From Podospora anserina (lineage: Eukaryota), in contig CM030332.1 of NCBI GenBank assembly GCA_017654855.1, forward strand, positions 4,774,001 through 4,838,000: a stretch of 64,000 nucleotides of DNA, read 5' to 3'. How positions within the stretch are numbered: position 1 is the stretch's first letter; each line of letters opens with the position of its first letter. Positions 37,646 through 48,044 of the stretch are shown here, in pieces. Both the position numbers and the translations under genes were made by a program. Under the pieces are notes generated by a model, which did not search any database, was not told where the DNA came from, and saw only the letters and a program-made list of their open reading frames with translations.

Positions 37646-40600
37646 TTACTCATCATATCTTTCAATCTTCCACGCCAGATCACTATCCACCTCAACCACC
37701 CTGTCTCCATCCTCCTCAAACAACGCATCCAGCTCACTCATACTCCTAACAACGCCACCTTTTGGCAGCTCTCTTCTCCGAGTCGGTGAGCCAAAACTGC
37801 CGAACGCCTGGCCTTCATACTGCTTCATTCTCTCGTAGGATTCGGCAAGCTTGGCGACATCCGGAATAAACATCTCTTCTTCCGACTCCTCCCCTCCAGC
37901 ATATTGCTGGTAATGCAGCAAGGGCTCTGACCGCTTCCGTTTAGGGGTACTGTTTACCTTGCCTTCACGGTTGCCGGGGGAACGAAAAGGGGTAGCGGAG
38001 CCACGATCACCCGGTTCAGAGGTAGGTATCTGAGTAGCGGTAGATTCGGGGGCAGCAACGGGGAAAGATCTGCGGAGTGGTGATCGTGTAAAAGGGGCGT
38101 GGGGGGTTGTCCGGAGTGACAAAACTGCGGCTCGGGCGCGGATGATAGCTCGGTGTCGACGAGAACGGGGCTCCCTTACTGGTGAGCTGGAGGGGGGACT
38201 GGGGGTTTTGAACCCTAGGTCGCGATTCACCTTGGATTCTGCCCCGAGGTTAGGGGCGAAGTAGAGGCCGGAGAGTCCCCTCGTAGTGGGAGAGGTCGAT
38301 GGGCTGGAGGAGGATGAAGGGGCGGAGCTCTTGGGATTGGGTCCAGGGGTTTGTTTGTTACCTAACGATATAGGGGCCGAGGGGGGGGATAATTCGTCCT
38401 TTAGGTTGACGCGGAAACGGGAGGGGTTGTGGCTTGACTGCCGCTGTCTTTTAGGAGGACTAGGCAAGATATTTTTACCTGTGACAACCTCAGGGGGGGT
38501 GTTGACTTGAGAGGAGGACTTCAAACTTCCGACGGAACCACGATTGCTTTGCGGAGGGCTGCGGTAGGCCTCTAAAGTCCGCAGACTGGCAGAAGGTAGC
38601 CTCCTTGACGATGTTGCGGAGGAGGAGGAGCCAAGAGTCATGGGCTCCAGGCTGGTTTTCGACAATGACCTCTCGTGTTGTTTACTTTTTGAGGAATCCG
38701 CAACCAAGGAATGTCTCTCGACCCCAGATTCGAGATTCGCGATTTGGTGTTCTGATCTCGATCGATGAAGGGCGGCAAAATGCAACTTAGAAACCCCTTT
38801 GGGCTTCCTTCCAGACGTGAGGGGCAACCTCTCTCGGCCATCCATTCCTTTTTCTTGGGTTCCGGCGGGGAAGTGGCGGTCTCCGTGGCGATTGGAGTCG
38901 AGGTTATACCCCTCGACTGCATCGAAGTCCCTTTCCTTAACCCCAAGCTGTTTGGGGATCACATCGGCAAGCTTATCAAGAGACGAGGTCGAAACACCCA
39001 GAGATATAGCCCCCGCAGAGCGATCCGTGGATATCAACCCCCTTCTCTCCCCCATCTCTGCCGGCAACTCTTCCATCTTGAAGCCTTCCTGGGCATCTTC
39101 CCGCAGACTTTCCTGCCGCTGAATCTTCCGGTCAAGACTCTCGAGAATCACACTCTCTCGACCAGTCTTCCTGGTCCTCCTCTTCGCCTCCCTCATGTCA
39201 ACGCACTGTTTACAAAACAGTTGGAGAGGGGTAAGGGGTGCCCCTGACTTGACCAAAACAAGGTGCATTTTTGATCGAGCAACACCACATCCATGACACC
39301 ATTCGTAGGGAAATTTCCCCTCTGCCCCCTATGTTAGCCATACAAATTAGCATAACAAACATAACATGACTATAAAATTGCTCAGACGAAATGTTGAGCG
39401 TTTCTGAACGCTGCTGACTTCATGTTTGGATGACAAAGTAAGCGTTTTCAAACGCTTAACTTGACACTCCCAAACGCTATGGCAATATTGTTGGGATGAA
39501 ATGTCAAGCGCCCCCGAGTGTTTCGGTGACTTGTTCGGATGACAAACTTGGTGTTTTCAAACACTAGAAAAAAGTGTTTGGATGAAATACGATCGCCATT
39601 AAGCGCAGGTGTAGCAATATTCAGATAAGATACCAAGCATCTCAAACCGCCAAGTCAAAAATCCAAATACTGTTTGGATGAAGTGGTGAGTGCCCCTAAG
39701 CGCTGTTGTAGGAGAGCTTGGATGAGATATGAAGCATTTTAGAACGCTAAGTCAAAAAACACAAAGTGTGTTTGGACGAAATGTTGAGCGCCACTGAGCG
39801 CGGATGTGGTGGTGTTTCGATGATATATCAAGTGTCTAAAAATGCCAAGTTCAAAAGCCGAATACTATCCGGATGGAATATCAAGCGGTCCAAAACCATA
39901 GAAGATTGTTTGGACGAGAGGTAAAAGATTACTTAGATGAGAGTAGGAAATTGTTGGGATGAGAAGCAAGGGTCTCCAAATAACAAGTGAAGAAAATCTA
40001 TATGTTTTTTGGATGATATATCAGCCTCTCTGAACGCTCAAAAAGCAACGTTTGAATATCATCTCAAGCGTTTAGAAACGCCAAGAAGAGAAGTCCAAAC
40101 ATTGTTGAGATGAGATTTGAAGTGCCTCAAAACGCCAAGTTAAATAAACCCAACACTCGTCGGATGATGAGTTGAGCATATTCGAACACCACTTGATGGC
40201 TTGTTCAGATGATATATCAAGCGCGTTCAAGTGTTGTTATAAAGGTGGTGGGATGATGGATGGGGTGTTGAGAAGTGTAACCTGTGAACAAGGACTGCTC
40301 AAAGCACTGTTTGAGTGTACTCCAATGACATATTAAGGATCGTAAAACACCGGTTGAAAACAAACCAAGGGCGTCAAAGTGCTCTCGTATGAGTGTTGGA
40401 ATGACCGCGGAAGAGTTTTGGGAAGGCAGATTCGAGCGAGATTAACCTTCTGTTGAGGAGTGTTCGCTGTTGAGGAGTGTTCGGAGGAAAGTTCCGTGAT
40501 TGGGATGGGGTAATCGTCACTTGACTGCCCAACTGACAGCTTGGGGGCCTGTCAAAGAAGAAGAAGGGGTATGGGCATGTCTTGCCGAAGACCGCTCACT

Positions 40601-40912
40601 CCACTTGGGATGAACAATGACCGTGTCGTAGGGGGTATGTTTGCCAAGGGGTTCTCCGGAAGTGAAGAAAAAGAACAGGAAACAGGATAGGGAGACTTAT
40701 AACATACCGGCTGTTGACGCCACAACTCGTACCTCTCACGGCACGAGACACACAAGCTGCTCCTAGCGAACTCGTCACCAGCGTGGAGACGCTGGTACGA
40801 CTCCTCGCGGAGTTGCCCGCACAGGAAGCAGCTGTGTGCCCCGGCCGGAGAGGCAGTGAGAGCGGCGGAGGCGCTGGTGTACTGGTTGGCTTCCAGTCGG
40901 GCTCTGAATGAG
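37646..40912 (-). CDS. Uncharacterised protein with two CxxC-(x22-25)-CxxC putative Zn-binding motifs and a long Ser/Pro/Arg-rich tail; exons 40707-40912 and 37646-39328; 5' exons (about 41030-41270) unresolved
   Basis: Exon 40707-40912 (CTAAC..TAG acceptor, GTATGT donor) reads ...HSCFLCGQLREESYQRLHAGDEFARSSLCVSCRERYELWRQQP. It joins in phase 0 to the acceptor GCTAACATAG at 39329, giving GAEGKFPYEWCHGCGVARSKMHLVLVKSGAPLTPLQLFCKQC..., which is contiguous with the 540-aa ORF. Confidence 0.7.
39378..40260. repeat. Intronic degenerate repeat array B: about 20 units of TGTTTGGATGA-nnTnTCAAGCG-nn-AACGC, spaced mostly 43-45 or 53-54 bp
   Basis: Core (G/A)GA(T/C)GA-like anchors at 39384, 39428, 39494, 39537, 39580, 39623, 39676, 39720, 39774, 39818, 39871, 39912, 39935, 39957, 40011, about 40054, 40108, 40162, 40207 and 40251. 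Confidence 0.85.
40450..40483. repeat. Perfect 17-bp direct duplication (CTGTTGAGGAGTGTTCG) x2
   Basis: Read directly from the sequence. Confidence 0.95.
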
Positions 40913-41790
40913 CTAGGTAGAAAGTGGAAGTTAGTTACGTATATCTATAACATCAGGACAAAAATTGAATAAAGTGTTTTGCATCGAGGGATGTGTTCCA
41001 GAAACACGGGGATGTTGATTCAGTGCCTCGCACATGGCTAGCAGATAGGGGCATCGAAGACTGAGGGTTAGTGCCTGGTAGTGTTGTATGAAATCGAAAA
41101 TGCCGACCAAAGAATTCTCAGGCCCAAACCTCGCTCTGGTCTCTCTTGAAAATCATTGTATCGAGGATCTGGTGCCGTGTCGTTGATAATGATGACGCTG
41201 CTGTTGGAATAGAGAGGTCGAAATGCCGTCGAAGACTTCAACAATGTGGCCAACTCGGAGTCGCTCATTCGAGGTCGAAGAAAGAGTGAAAACGCCAGTC
41301 AGAATATACTTGCAGGTTTGAATCCATGTCGCTGGCAAGGGCGCGGGCGACGACGACGACGATGGCAACGGCTTGCAAACGCTGGGCTAGGTGACGCGGC
41401 GAAGAAAGTCGTGGCGGTCGTGGTCGAAAAAGTGAAGGTGGGAAAGCAGCAGAAAACCAACTGAGCTGCTTTAGTATTGTCGAAATCGTACGGCAGAAAG
41501 AGCAAAGCTGGGACGACGACCAGACCATTCTCCCCAAATCACCCGTTCATTGACAAAGGACTGTGAAATATCAAGACAAGACCACCCAACACTGTACAGA
41601 TTTCACCAGCAACTTCCAAGAACACCCAAAATGAACATTGAATATGCATTTGCTTAACCCCCACGCGTTTTGGTATACAGTGCCCACACCAGGCATTCTT
41701 CTTTTCCCAACCCATATATCACTGTGGTAGATAGAGGAAAAGAAATTACAAAAAAATCTAACATACTCCTTGAGGAAAGCTGTTATTCCC

Positions 41791-44312
41791 TTAATCCACA
41801 CGCAGGACCCGAGACCCCCTCTTCTTGGTGGCCTTCTTCTTCTTGAGCCCCTTCTCGAACGCTGTCGCCGAGATATGGTCACGGCCAACGTTGTCAAGGT
41901 CCTTGACCTTGTAGATTCTGATGATCCAGTTCTCGCTGGTAAAGGCCTCCTCCAGGGTGCTGAGGGAAGGACCAACCTCGGGCAGACGGGCTTGGCGCAT
42001 GCGATCGACAGCCTGTCCTGGAGGGAACAGGTTGTTGAAGTTGTAGTAGGACATCTTGTACCTATGAGACTGTTAACAAGTCGTATTGTGACATGGAAAA
42101 GATGACTGAAACTTACATCAAGCTGTTCTTCATGGTCTCGGTAGCCTCGCCGTCGACACGATACTCGCCTCTTGGGGTGAAGAAGGCGCGCTCGCTGACC
42201 TCATCAGGCCAGATACCCTCAGCGATACGAACCATCCACAAGAACTTGTTGATATCGTCACCAGAATAGCCCAGAAGACCGCCAAAGACCACGAGAACAT
42301 AGTCGACCTCGTGCTGGCGCATGATGGGGTAGCTGACCTCCTCGCGCGAGCTCATGGCTTTACCGACAGTGGCAATGTGTGTGTTGTTCCACGTGTTGTT
42401 GTCGACAAGAGTTGGGCGGTCAGCCATGCCACCAATTTGGTAACCATAATCCCACCACGACATAATCTTGGCGTCCTCCTTTGTGTTTTGGCGAAGCCAC
42501 TGGTAGGCCTCACGGTAATCGTCAATAATGTGCTGGCTTCCGTCAGGCATCCTGCTTGCCAGGACAACGGAGGGAGAGGAGTATGCGTTGGACGTGACCC
42601 AGGTGCAGTGCATGACGAAAATGAGGAGGTAGATGGCCATAGCGCCCACCATCAAGATCTTGGACCACAGGCCATAAATGCCAACAACGGGCTTGTTAGT
42701 GGACTTAAGACCAGACTTCGAGCCCTTCTTCTCAGCGGCCTCGGCGGCTTGCTGGTCCTCCTCGGTAGGAGTCTTTGCGACAAGGTAGTTGTTGAGGATG
42801 GTCGAGATGGCGATGGCACCAGCAACACAGACCACAGGGGTCAATGTAAGCATCAGGCGGACCATGACACCAGCGAAGTAGCTGCCAAAAACAGCGTACA
42901 CAATGATGAACACATGCTCATCAGCAAGCTCCTGGAAACAGAGGTAGACACCAACAGGGAAGACGAAAATAAGCAGGTTGAGGTCAAAGAAGAAAGCTGG
43001 CCAGGCGGTGGGCTGATGTTCAGAGACGGAGGCAATGATGGGAATGTGGATCTTAGCATATCCGGTATCCCAAAGTGAGTAGAAACGTCCGCTCCACGGG
43101 GCGATAATGCCGGCGCTGGTGGCAATCACCAGAGCCGCAAGAGACAGAACGAAGATACCGCCAGCAAAGATCCAGAGGAATGTCTGGAACTGACGGCTGG
43201 GAATGGCTGACCGGACATAGTCCAAAAAAGCGAGGAGCTGGAGGAAGCCGAAAATACCAAGGGCAGGCATGTGCTCGCTGGTCTTGACAGGCAAGAAACC
43301 AACAAAGGGAATCTGCATGCTGGCCAGTGTGCCCAGGGCATACCAGGTAGTGTACGAAACGTATAGCCTGGTGCTGTAGCGGCCCATGAGGATAAGGACG
43401 AAGGCGTGAAGGGGAAGAAGGCAGGTGATGAAGGCATAACCACCCCAGGAGGCGACCATGTAGCCGTAAAACAGGGCGCAGAAAGCACCCCACAGCATGG
43501 AACCCTGCTTCAAAGCCTTGATCCAGAGATAGAAGGTGAAGACGAGCAGGAAAATCGCAATGGCTTCGTTGTCGTAGCTGCCAGCAACTGATCGAGAGAT
43601 GTAGCCGGGGGCGATGCCCATAAACAGAGCAGCCAGGAGGCCGGCCGAGTTGTATGTTGTCATTTCATTGGTGAGGAGATAGGCGGCAATAGCCGTAAGG
43701 CCAGAGAAAGCCGGCGCGAGAAGAACGCAGACGTTGCGAATATCGACGGGAATCGTGAAGGCGCGGAGGGCGTGCCAGATAGCACCGCTGGTTACCATGA
43801 GGCCAGGGTAGAGGGTACCACCCGTGACACGGCCCAGAGGATGCCATGTTCGGTCATCGAACCAGTCCCAGAAGTTGTAGAAGCCATTTGCGACGAGATA
43901 TTTTGTGGCGCGGAAGTTGAACCAAGGGTCGACTGGAAGGGTGTTAGTATATCTTGATATATTGGGCAGAGGACGCGATGGGGCCGCAGCGCAACGCATA
44001 TGGGAGACTGACATTCGTGGATAATACTTTCGAAACCTAGGAAACAAGCAGCATGTTAGCAATGCAATTGACGAACTATGGGATTCACAGGACCCAGAGA
44101 AGCACAGAAACAGCCCCAGTGAAGCAGCCGCGAGCTTGCTGTCCAGCCATGATAGCTTCCTCCATGCCCAGGGAACACCTACGAATGACGGAAAACAGGC
44201 GGCTTGCGATTGAGGCGCCGGCGATGAGGGCGAGGATAATGACCCGCAGCACGCTGCGAGTACTTTTCCCCTTGCCCACATCGGCAAGAATTTCAAGTGT
44301 TTCGGCCGACAT
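41791..44312 (-). CDS. STT3: Oligosaccharyltransferase catalytic subunit Stt3 (4 exons, including a micro-exon of about 24 nt, FESIIHE)
   Basis: RLFSVIR/FESIIHE/FDPWFNFRAT, SVAGSYDNE, IIASVSEH, catalytic WWDYG, DNNTWN and GDDINKFLWMVRI. Confidence 0.97.
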
Positions 44313-45174
44313 GGTGGCCTGCGGTTGGCGTTGTGCTTCCTCTCGTCGGTGGGAGTTGAGGAGAGGCTGCAACAGGTTCAAATTACCCAGAGCATCTCTG
44401 TCGAGTTGGAGAGGACAGTTTGGAGCTTTGCTGCATCATGGTCCAGGGACAGTCTTGGCACTCGTTATTGGACCGAGCCAGGGGTACACAAGCCCCACCG
44501 TTCCCGCCGTTCTGCCATATTCTGCCAGGGCGGTCAGAGAAAGTGATGCCGCACTTGGTCTCAGCAACACTTGGCATCAACATTGAATTTCCCTGCCAGC
44601 AGCTGCCATGGATATCATAGTCACTGATAATGGGGGGGTAATTTGGAGAAAGCACACCGTAAACGTCGGCATGGGCTAGTATGCACTTGAACAGCCCGTT
44701 ATGGCCGTTGCCTGACCCCAGATCGACGTAGGAAACCGAATTAGAGGCATGTCACGCTCACAACGGACAAGGGCACAAGAGCACGATAAGACAAACAGTG
44801 GTGGGCGTCCAGACAGCGGGTATCATATATCTGGCAACGTCTATGGGCTTCCCTGGACAGTTTCCTTAGCCCCGGCCGAATCAATCGGTCCCTACCAAGA
44901 CGCCGCCATAGATGCGCAAGCATCGACAGGCGCAACTAGCATTCCATGTGGAATCACCTCCGAGAGACCTCCAATGTGGGTGTTTAGTGCAGAGCTTTGA
45001 TTCGGTAGCAGTAAAGCTACCTAGCCGCATCGAAAAATCATTGACCTCGTAAACACCCCAAAACCCTAAAAGCAGATGACCCTGGGATGATGCAGTGTGC
45101 TGAGTGAAAGACCTTTTTTTAACCGCGCCGCTGGTGCCCTAGTACAACCGTCCCATTATCCTCGAAACGCCAAT

Positions 45175-45880
45175 TTAAGCCTGCAAACCCTGTCAGCACT
45201 CAAAGCTCCTCATAGATTACTGACATATCCCACGGTTCCTTCATACCTTGACGGCGAACTTCCGCTGGGGGAAGTGAGTCTGGCGCTTCTTGGTCTTCTC
45301 AAGAGTTCTGGAGGCGTCCTCGGGAGAAAGACGGCGGCGGATGGCACGAGTCTGCTTGGCGCGGAGGTCGAGGGGGAGGTACTTCTTGTTCTTGTAGAAG
45401 AGGCGGAGCTGAGCGCGTTGCTTGGCGTTGATGATGGTCAGAACGCGGGCAATCGACTTGCGGAGATCGTGGCTATTCATCCATCACACATGTCAGCCCA
45501 TCTTGTCCTCATTCGTCCTTTCCAACTCTCTCGGTATTTCGTCTCGGGGGTTCGTGGTGGCTCGGAAGTCGTCGGTAACGTACATCTTGGTAAGCTTGGT
45601 GCCGGAAGAAACGATCTTCTGGATGCGAAGCTGGCCCAACTCCGTCTTGAGCTCACCGAGCTGCTTGGTGAGCTCGTCCTTGTTCTTAGACCATAATTGG
45701 CCAGCCTTGACCTTGCCGGAAGACTGTCGCACGGTGATGTTAGCCAAACCGGTCGCTCAACTTTTTTTCGTGGTGACGATGCGACCTGCCCCCCAATCGA
45801 ACAAGTCAAGGAGGGCTCATCAATCGGCAAGATTGATGGGTCAGCATAACGACAGCAAGGGACCGTATCTCTCTTACCAT
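45175..45880 (-). CDS. RPL35: 60S ribosomal protein L35 (uL29); exons 45878-45880 (ATG only), 45584-45723, 45247-45472, 45175-45180
   Basis: Spliced sequence [37 protein letters not shown]...[16 protein letters not shown]...[18 protein letters not shown]...[10 protein letters not shown]. Confidence 0.96.
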
Positions 45881-46253
45881 CGTGTGGGATTTTGTCGTCG
45901 AGTCGAAAGGGCGATAGGCGACGGTTCCGTTGACTGCAGCGAGTCTTAGTATCCAGGGAGCAAAGGCTTTCGTAGGTACCAAACACTCAGTCCAGCAAAA
46001 TCTTGAGTGGGTGTGGATGCCAAAATCGCCAAACAGGGCGGAAAACCCTACGCCGGCAGCTGGTCTGTGCGCACTGTTCTGCCTGAGGCGCGGGCCCACC
46101 CGAAAATCCGAAAGCGGCTAGCTTGGGGTTTGGTGCTTTTCGAACTTGCGCACAACCAGGTTGCCAATCGCCCATTTCAAAATCTCCAGCAGCAGTCAAG
46201 TTGACGACCGACCACGAAAACCTACTAACCTCACCACACAGCCAAAGTCCAAA
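45881..46253. promoter_or_regulatory. Bidirectional promoter shared by RPL35 and RPL6
   Basis: The divergent ATGs are about 374 bp apart. GCAGTCAA occurs symmetrically 50-55 bp upstream of each ATG, and AAAACCCTA lies centrally at 46042. Confidence 0.7.
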
Positions 46254-47251
46254 ATGTCGGCTCCCACGACGAAGACCTTTGGCAAGTCCACTCGGTCGGT
46301 GCCTGCGCCGGCTGAAAAGGCCCAGAAATGGTACCCTGCTGAGGATGAGGCCAAGCCGCGTCAGGTACGTTGATATCTCGATGCATTCATGTTGCGAGCG
46401 ATGGATCGGCCCGGAGACTGTTCTCGATTGCGATTGTGGCGGGTGGGAAGCCAATTCGACATGTTGGCGGGGGGAGGCACGGCAAATCTACCTTCATGGC
46501 CCGAACGAAATTTACGACACCGCGAAAATGGAGACAGACAAGATCGGGATATCGTCAAGTGGCGCATCTACGTCGAAATGGGTCATATATCGCACGGCAA
46601 CGAGGCACAGCACTGGGAAAACACTGGGAACGGCTGTCTTGGGAGAAACAAACGTTTTGGATATGGCATCGTGATTCTAACATGGCTTCTATAATCAGGT
46701 CCGCAAGACCATCCGCCCCTGGACTCCCCGCCAGACTCTCGTCCCCGGTACCGTCCTGATCCTCCTCGCTGGTCGCTTCCGTGGCAAGCGCGTCGTCCTG
46801 CTCAAGACCCTCGACCAGGGTGTTCTGCTCGTTACCGGCCCCTTCAAGATCAACGGTGTTCCCCTTCGCCGCGTCAACTCCAGATATGTCATCGCCACAT
46901 CATACAAGGTTGACCTTACCGGTCTCGATGAGGCCAAGATTGAGGAGGTTGCCAAGCCCAAGTACTTCACCGCCGACAAGGCTCAGCAGAAGGCTGGCGA
47001 GGAGGCTTTCTTCAAGCAGGGAGAGAAGCCCCAGGTATGAATTTCTGAGATAGCGGACGTGTGTGAGAGTGTTGGAGCTGACATGCGTGAAACTACAGAA
47101 GAAGGAGGTTACCAGCAGTCGGGCGGCTGACCAGAAGGCCATCGACAAGGCCTTGATCGCCAACATCAAGAAGGTCGACCTTCTTGCCAGCTACCTCGCC
47201 TCCTCTTTCAGCCTTCGCAAGGGCGACAAGCCCCATGAGATGAAGTGGTAG
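46254..47251 (+). CDS. RPL6: 60S ribosomal protein L6 (eL6); exons 46254-46364, 46699-47034, 47099-47251
   Basis: [67 protein letters not shown]. Confidence 0.97.
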
Positions 47252-48044
47252 AGGGAGCCAAGTGGGTTTTGATGGGAGGTCTTGACGGCGCGGGTTTCGG
47301 AATGGCTTAACCAATTGCATTTGGACGTTTGGCAGTTCTCGGTCCATACGGCGTCTGTAATGAAGGGTTTACAGTCATCAAGAACACAAAATCACTGGGC
47401 TTTGCAAAAAGGATCGGAGCCCTGAACAACAACTGGGTTTTAGAGCACACGGGATGTCCACGGTGATCTGTACATGGAAACTAGTGATATTTGCACTGGG
47501 AATGGCAGATACCAGCCCAGCCAACTCGATGACGAACGACAGACAAACAAAACAAATACGCCACGAGGCAGAAGACTAGCATTTGCGGCGTCACATGAAA
47601 GTTATCTGCGTGTTGTATGTTAGTTGTGCATTTGGCAGAGTGCTCTCAGACAATCCGTTCCTGATACCTATCAAATTAATATTTCTCTCCACGGTCTGCG
47701 TTTTTGTGAACATCCTCCTTATTCACTTGTTTCTAGGCAATATCGAGATTGGCAGTCGTTGTTTGCGGAGGACCTTTGACTGTATAAGTGCACCTTGATG
47801 ACTCGATGTTGAATCTAGGAGGATCCGGGTTAGGGTTGAGGAGTGACATCAGCCGACCAGTACTTGAAATGCAAGCGAAGCCACGCCCCATTAAGGTACC
47901 TACACTACGCATACCTCGACCTGGCCTTCCAAAGAGGTTCCAGCAGAGCTGTTGAATTTGCGCAAACCACTTTCGACCCCGTGATCAATATTTCAACAAC
48001 CTCTCACCGGTTCTATCTGTCTGTGTCGACTGTATCGAGAAACC

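Noticed and set aside
39378-40260. CRISPR array (regularly spaced, partly palindromic repeats)
   Set aside because: The context is a eukaryotic intron, the repeats are highly degenerate, the 'spacers' are related to one another (two recurring types), and no cas genes are present.
39378-40260. Decayed ankyrin (99-bp) or other protein-repeat pseudogene, or a snoRNA cluster
   Set aside because: Spacings are not consistently multiples of 3 and no repeat-protein motif is visible in translation. TGATGA-like words are on the strand opposite the host transcript and lack paired D boxes.
35300-41500. RIP-degraded transposon
   Set aside because: The region is only modestly AT-rich, CpA/TpG dinucleotides remain abundant, and no transposase or RT remnants, LTRs or TIR+TSD were identified by eye.
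42113-44296. 727-aa ORF N-terminus taken as the STT3 start, and similar ORF-track extensions of UTP23, PTC7 and E2
   Set aside because: These are read-through of introns or UTRs from non-ATG starts. The spliced models restore the conserved sequences.
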